This document shows, one piece after another, positions 62,061 through 64,000 of a stretch of 64,000 bases of DNA (positions within the stretch are counted from its first letter, which is position 1; each line of letters starts with the position of its first letter). The stretch comes from the human T2T-CHM13v2.0 reference genome, Homo sapiens, in assembly GCF_009914755.1 (NCBI RefSeq), contig NC_060928.1. One strand, written 5' to 3'. A program made the translations under genes and the position numbers. The notes beneath the pieces are model-generated. The model was given only the letters and a program-made list of their open reading frames with translations. It did not search any database and was not told the DNA's origin.

Positions 62061-64000
62061 GGATCTATATTTCCAAGATGGCCAAATAGGAACAGCTCCA
62101 GTCTGCAGCTCCCAGCGTGATCAACGCAAAAGACAGGTGATTTCTGCATTTCCAACTAAGGTACCTGGTTCATCTCACTGGGACTCATTGGACAGTGGGT
62201 GCAGCCCATGGAGGGCAAGCCAAAGCAGAGCAGGCTGTCACTTCACCCAGGAAGCACAAGGGGATGGGTGATTTCCCTTTCCTAGCTAAGGGAAGACTTA
62301 ACAGACTGTACCGGACAAAACAGGACACTCCCTGCACAAATACTGCACTTTTCCCATGGTCTTAGCTACTGGCAGACCAGGAGATTCTCTCCCGTGCCTG
62401 GCTCAGCGTCTCCCACAACCATGGAGCCTTATTCACTGCTAGCGCAGCAGTCTGAGATTGACCTGCAAGGTTGCAGCCTGGTGGGGGGAGGGGGTCTGCC
62501 ATTGCTGAAGCTTGAGTAGGTAAACAAAGCAGCCAGGAAGCTCAAACTGTCAAACTGGGTGGAACCTACCACAACTCAGCAAGGCCTGCTGCCTCTATAG
62601 ACTTTACATCTCTAGGCAGGGCCTAGCTGAAGAAAAGCCAGCAGAAATGTGTGCAGACTTATATGTCCCTGGCTGAGAACTCTGAAGGGCATACTGGTTC
62701 TCCCGGCATGGTGTTTGAGATCTGAGAATGGACAGACTGCCTCCTCAAGTGGGTCCCTGACCCCCATGTAGCCTAACTGGGAGACACCTCAAAGTAGGGG
62801 CCAACAGACACCTCATAAAGGCAGGTGCCCCTCTGGGACAAAGCTTCCGCTGGAAGGATCAGGCAGCAATATTTGCTGTTATGCAATATTTGCAGTTCTG
62901 CAGCCTCTGCTGGTGATACCCAGGCAAACGGGCTGCAGTTGACCTCCAGGAAACTCCAACAGACCTGAAGTTGAGGGACCTGATTGTTAGAAGGAAAACT
63001 AACAAACAGAAAGGAATAGCATCAACATCAACAAAAGGGATATCCACAATAAAACCCTATCTGTAGGTCACCAACATCAAAGACCAAAGGTAGATAAAAC
63101 CACAAAGATGGGGAGAAAACAGAGCAGAAAAGCTGAAAATTCTAAAAACCAGAGTGCCTCTTCTGCTCCAAAGGATTGCAGCTCCTTGCCAGGCCAGTGA
63201 TGGAACAAAGTTGGATGAAGAATGACATTGATCAGTTGACAGAAATAGGCTTCAGAAGGTGAGTAAAAACAAACTTCTCTGAGCTAAAGGAGCATGTTCT
63301 AACCCATCTCAAAGAAGCTAAAAGCCTTGAAAAAAGATTAGACGAATGGCTAACTAGAATAAACAGTGTAGAGAAGAACTTAAAGGACCTGATGGAGCTC
63401 AAAACCATGGAACGAGAACTTTGTAACACATGCACAAGCTTCAATAGCTGATTCAATCAAGTGGAAGAAAGGATATCAGTGATTGAAGATCAAATGAATG
63501 AAATAAACCAAGAAGACAAGTGTGGAGAAAAAAGAGTAAAAAGAACTGAACAAAGCCTCCAAGAAATATGAGACTATGTGAAAAGACCAAATCTATGTTT
63601 GATTGGTGTACCTGAAAGTGACAGGGAGAATGGAACCAAATTGGAAAACACTCTTCAGGATATTATCCAGGAGAACTTCCCCAACCTAGCAAGGCAGGCC
63701 AACATTCAAATTCAGAAAATATAGAAAACACCGCAAAGATACTCCTTGAGAAGAGCAACCCCAAGACACATAATTATCAGATGTACCAAGGTTGAAATGA
63801 AGGAAAAAATGTTAAGGGCAGCCAGAGAGAAAGATCAGGTTACCCATAAAGGGAAGCCCATCAGACTAACAGCAGATCTCTTGGCAGAAACCCTACAAGC
63901 AGGAAGAGAGTGAGGACTAACATTCAACATTCTTAAAGAAAAGAATTTTCAACCCAGAATCTCATATACAGCCAAGTTAAGCTTCATAAGTGAAGGAGAA
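62061..64000 (+). mobile_element. L1PA7/8-like element (5'UTR plus disrupted ORF1), runs off window
   Basis: ccaagatggccaaataggaacagctccagtctgcagctcccagcgtgatc 5' end. ORF1 ATG at 63108 (MGRKQSRKAENSKNQ...) is frameshifted to a TGA after 30 codons. Confidence 0.9.

Overview
Primate (most likely human) genomic DNA containing the 3' end of SLC4A4 (electrogenic Na+/HCO3- cotransporter NBCe1) on the + strand. Six GT-AG exons can be read directly: 1408-1476, 3980-4153, 6361-6522, the 97-nt cassette 10064-10160, the dual-frame exon 13273-13352 and the terminal exon from 14057. A ~4.2-kb repeat-poor 3'UTR ends after AATAAA at 18334. Including the 97-nt exon gives the 46-aa NBCe1-A/B tail (...ERHTSC*); skipping it shifts the frame and gives the 61-aa NBCe1-C tail ending in the PDZ ligand ETTL*. 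The remaining ~45 kb is intergenic and dominated by decayed transposons: L1 of several ages, Alu, MaLR/ERVL/ERV1 solo LTRs (several with readable target-site duplications), Tigger and hAT DNA transposons, MIR/L2 and microsatellites. Almost all ORF-track entries outside the exons are repeat-derived or spurious. I found no evidence of a novel gene system. The best leads are candidate QKI/RBFOX control of the cassette, an in-frame tandem acceptor in the last exon, a likely coding variant, a polyadenylated ERV retrocopy in an intron, and a CCAAT-rich LTR12 facing the gene. Repeat subfamily names are from memory of consensus sequences, not a database search.
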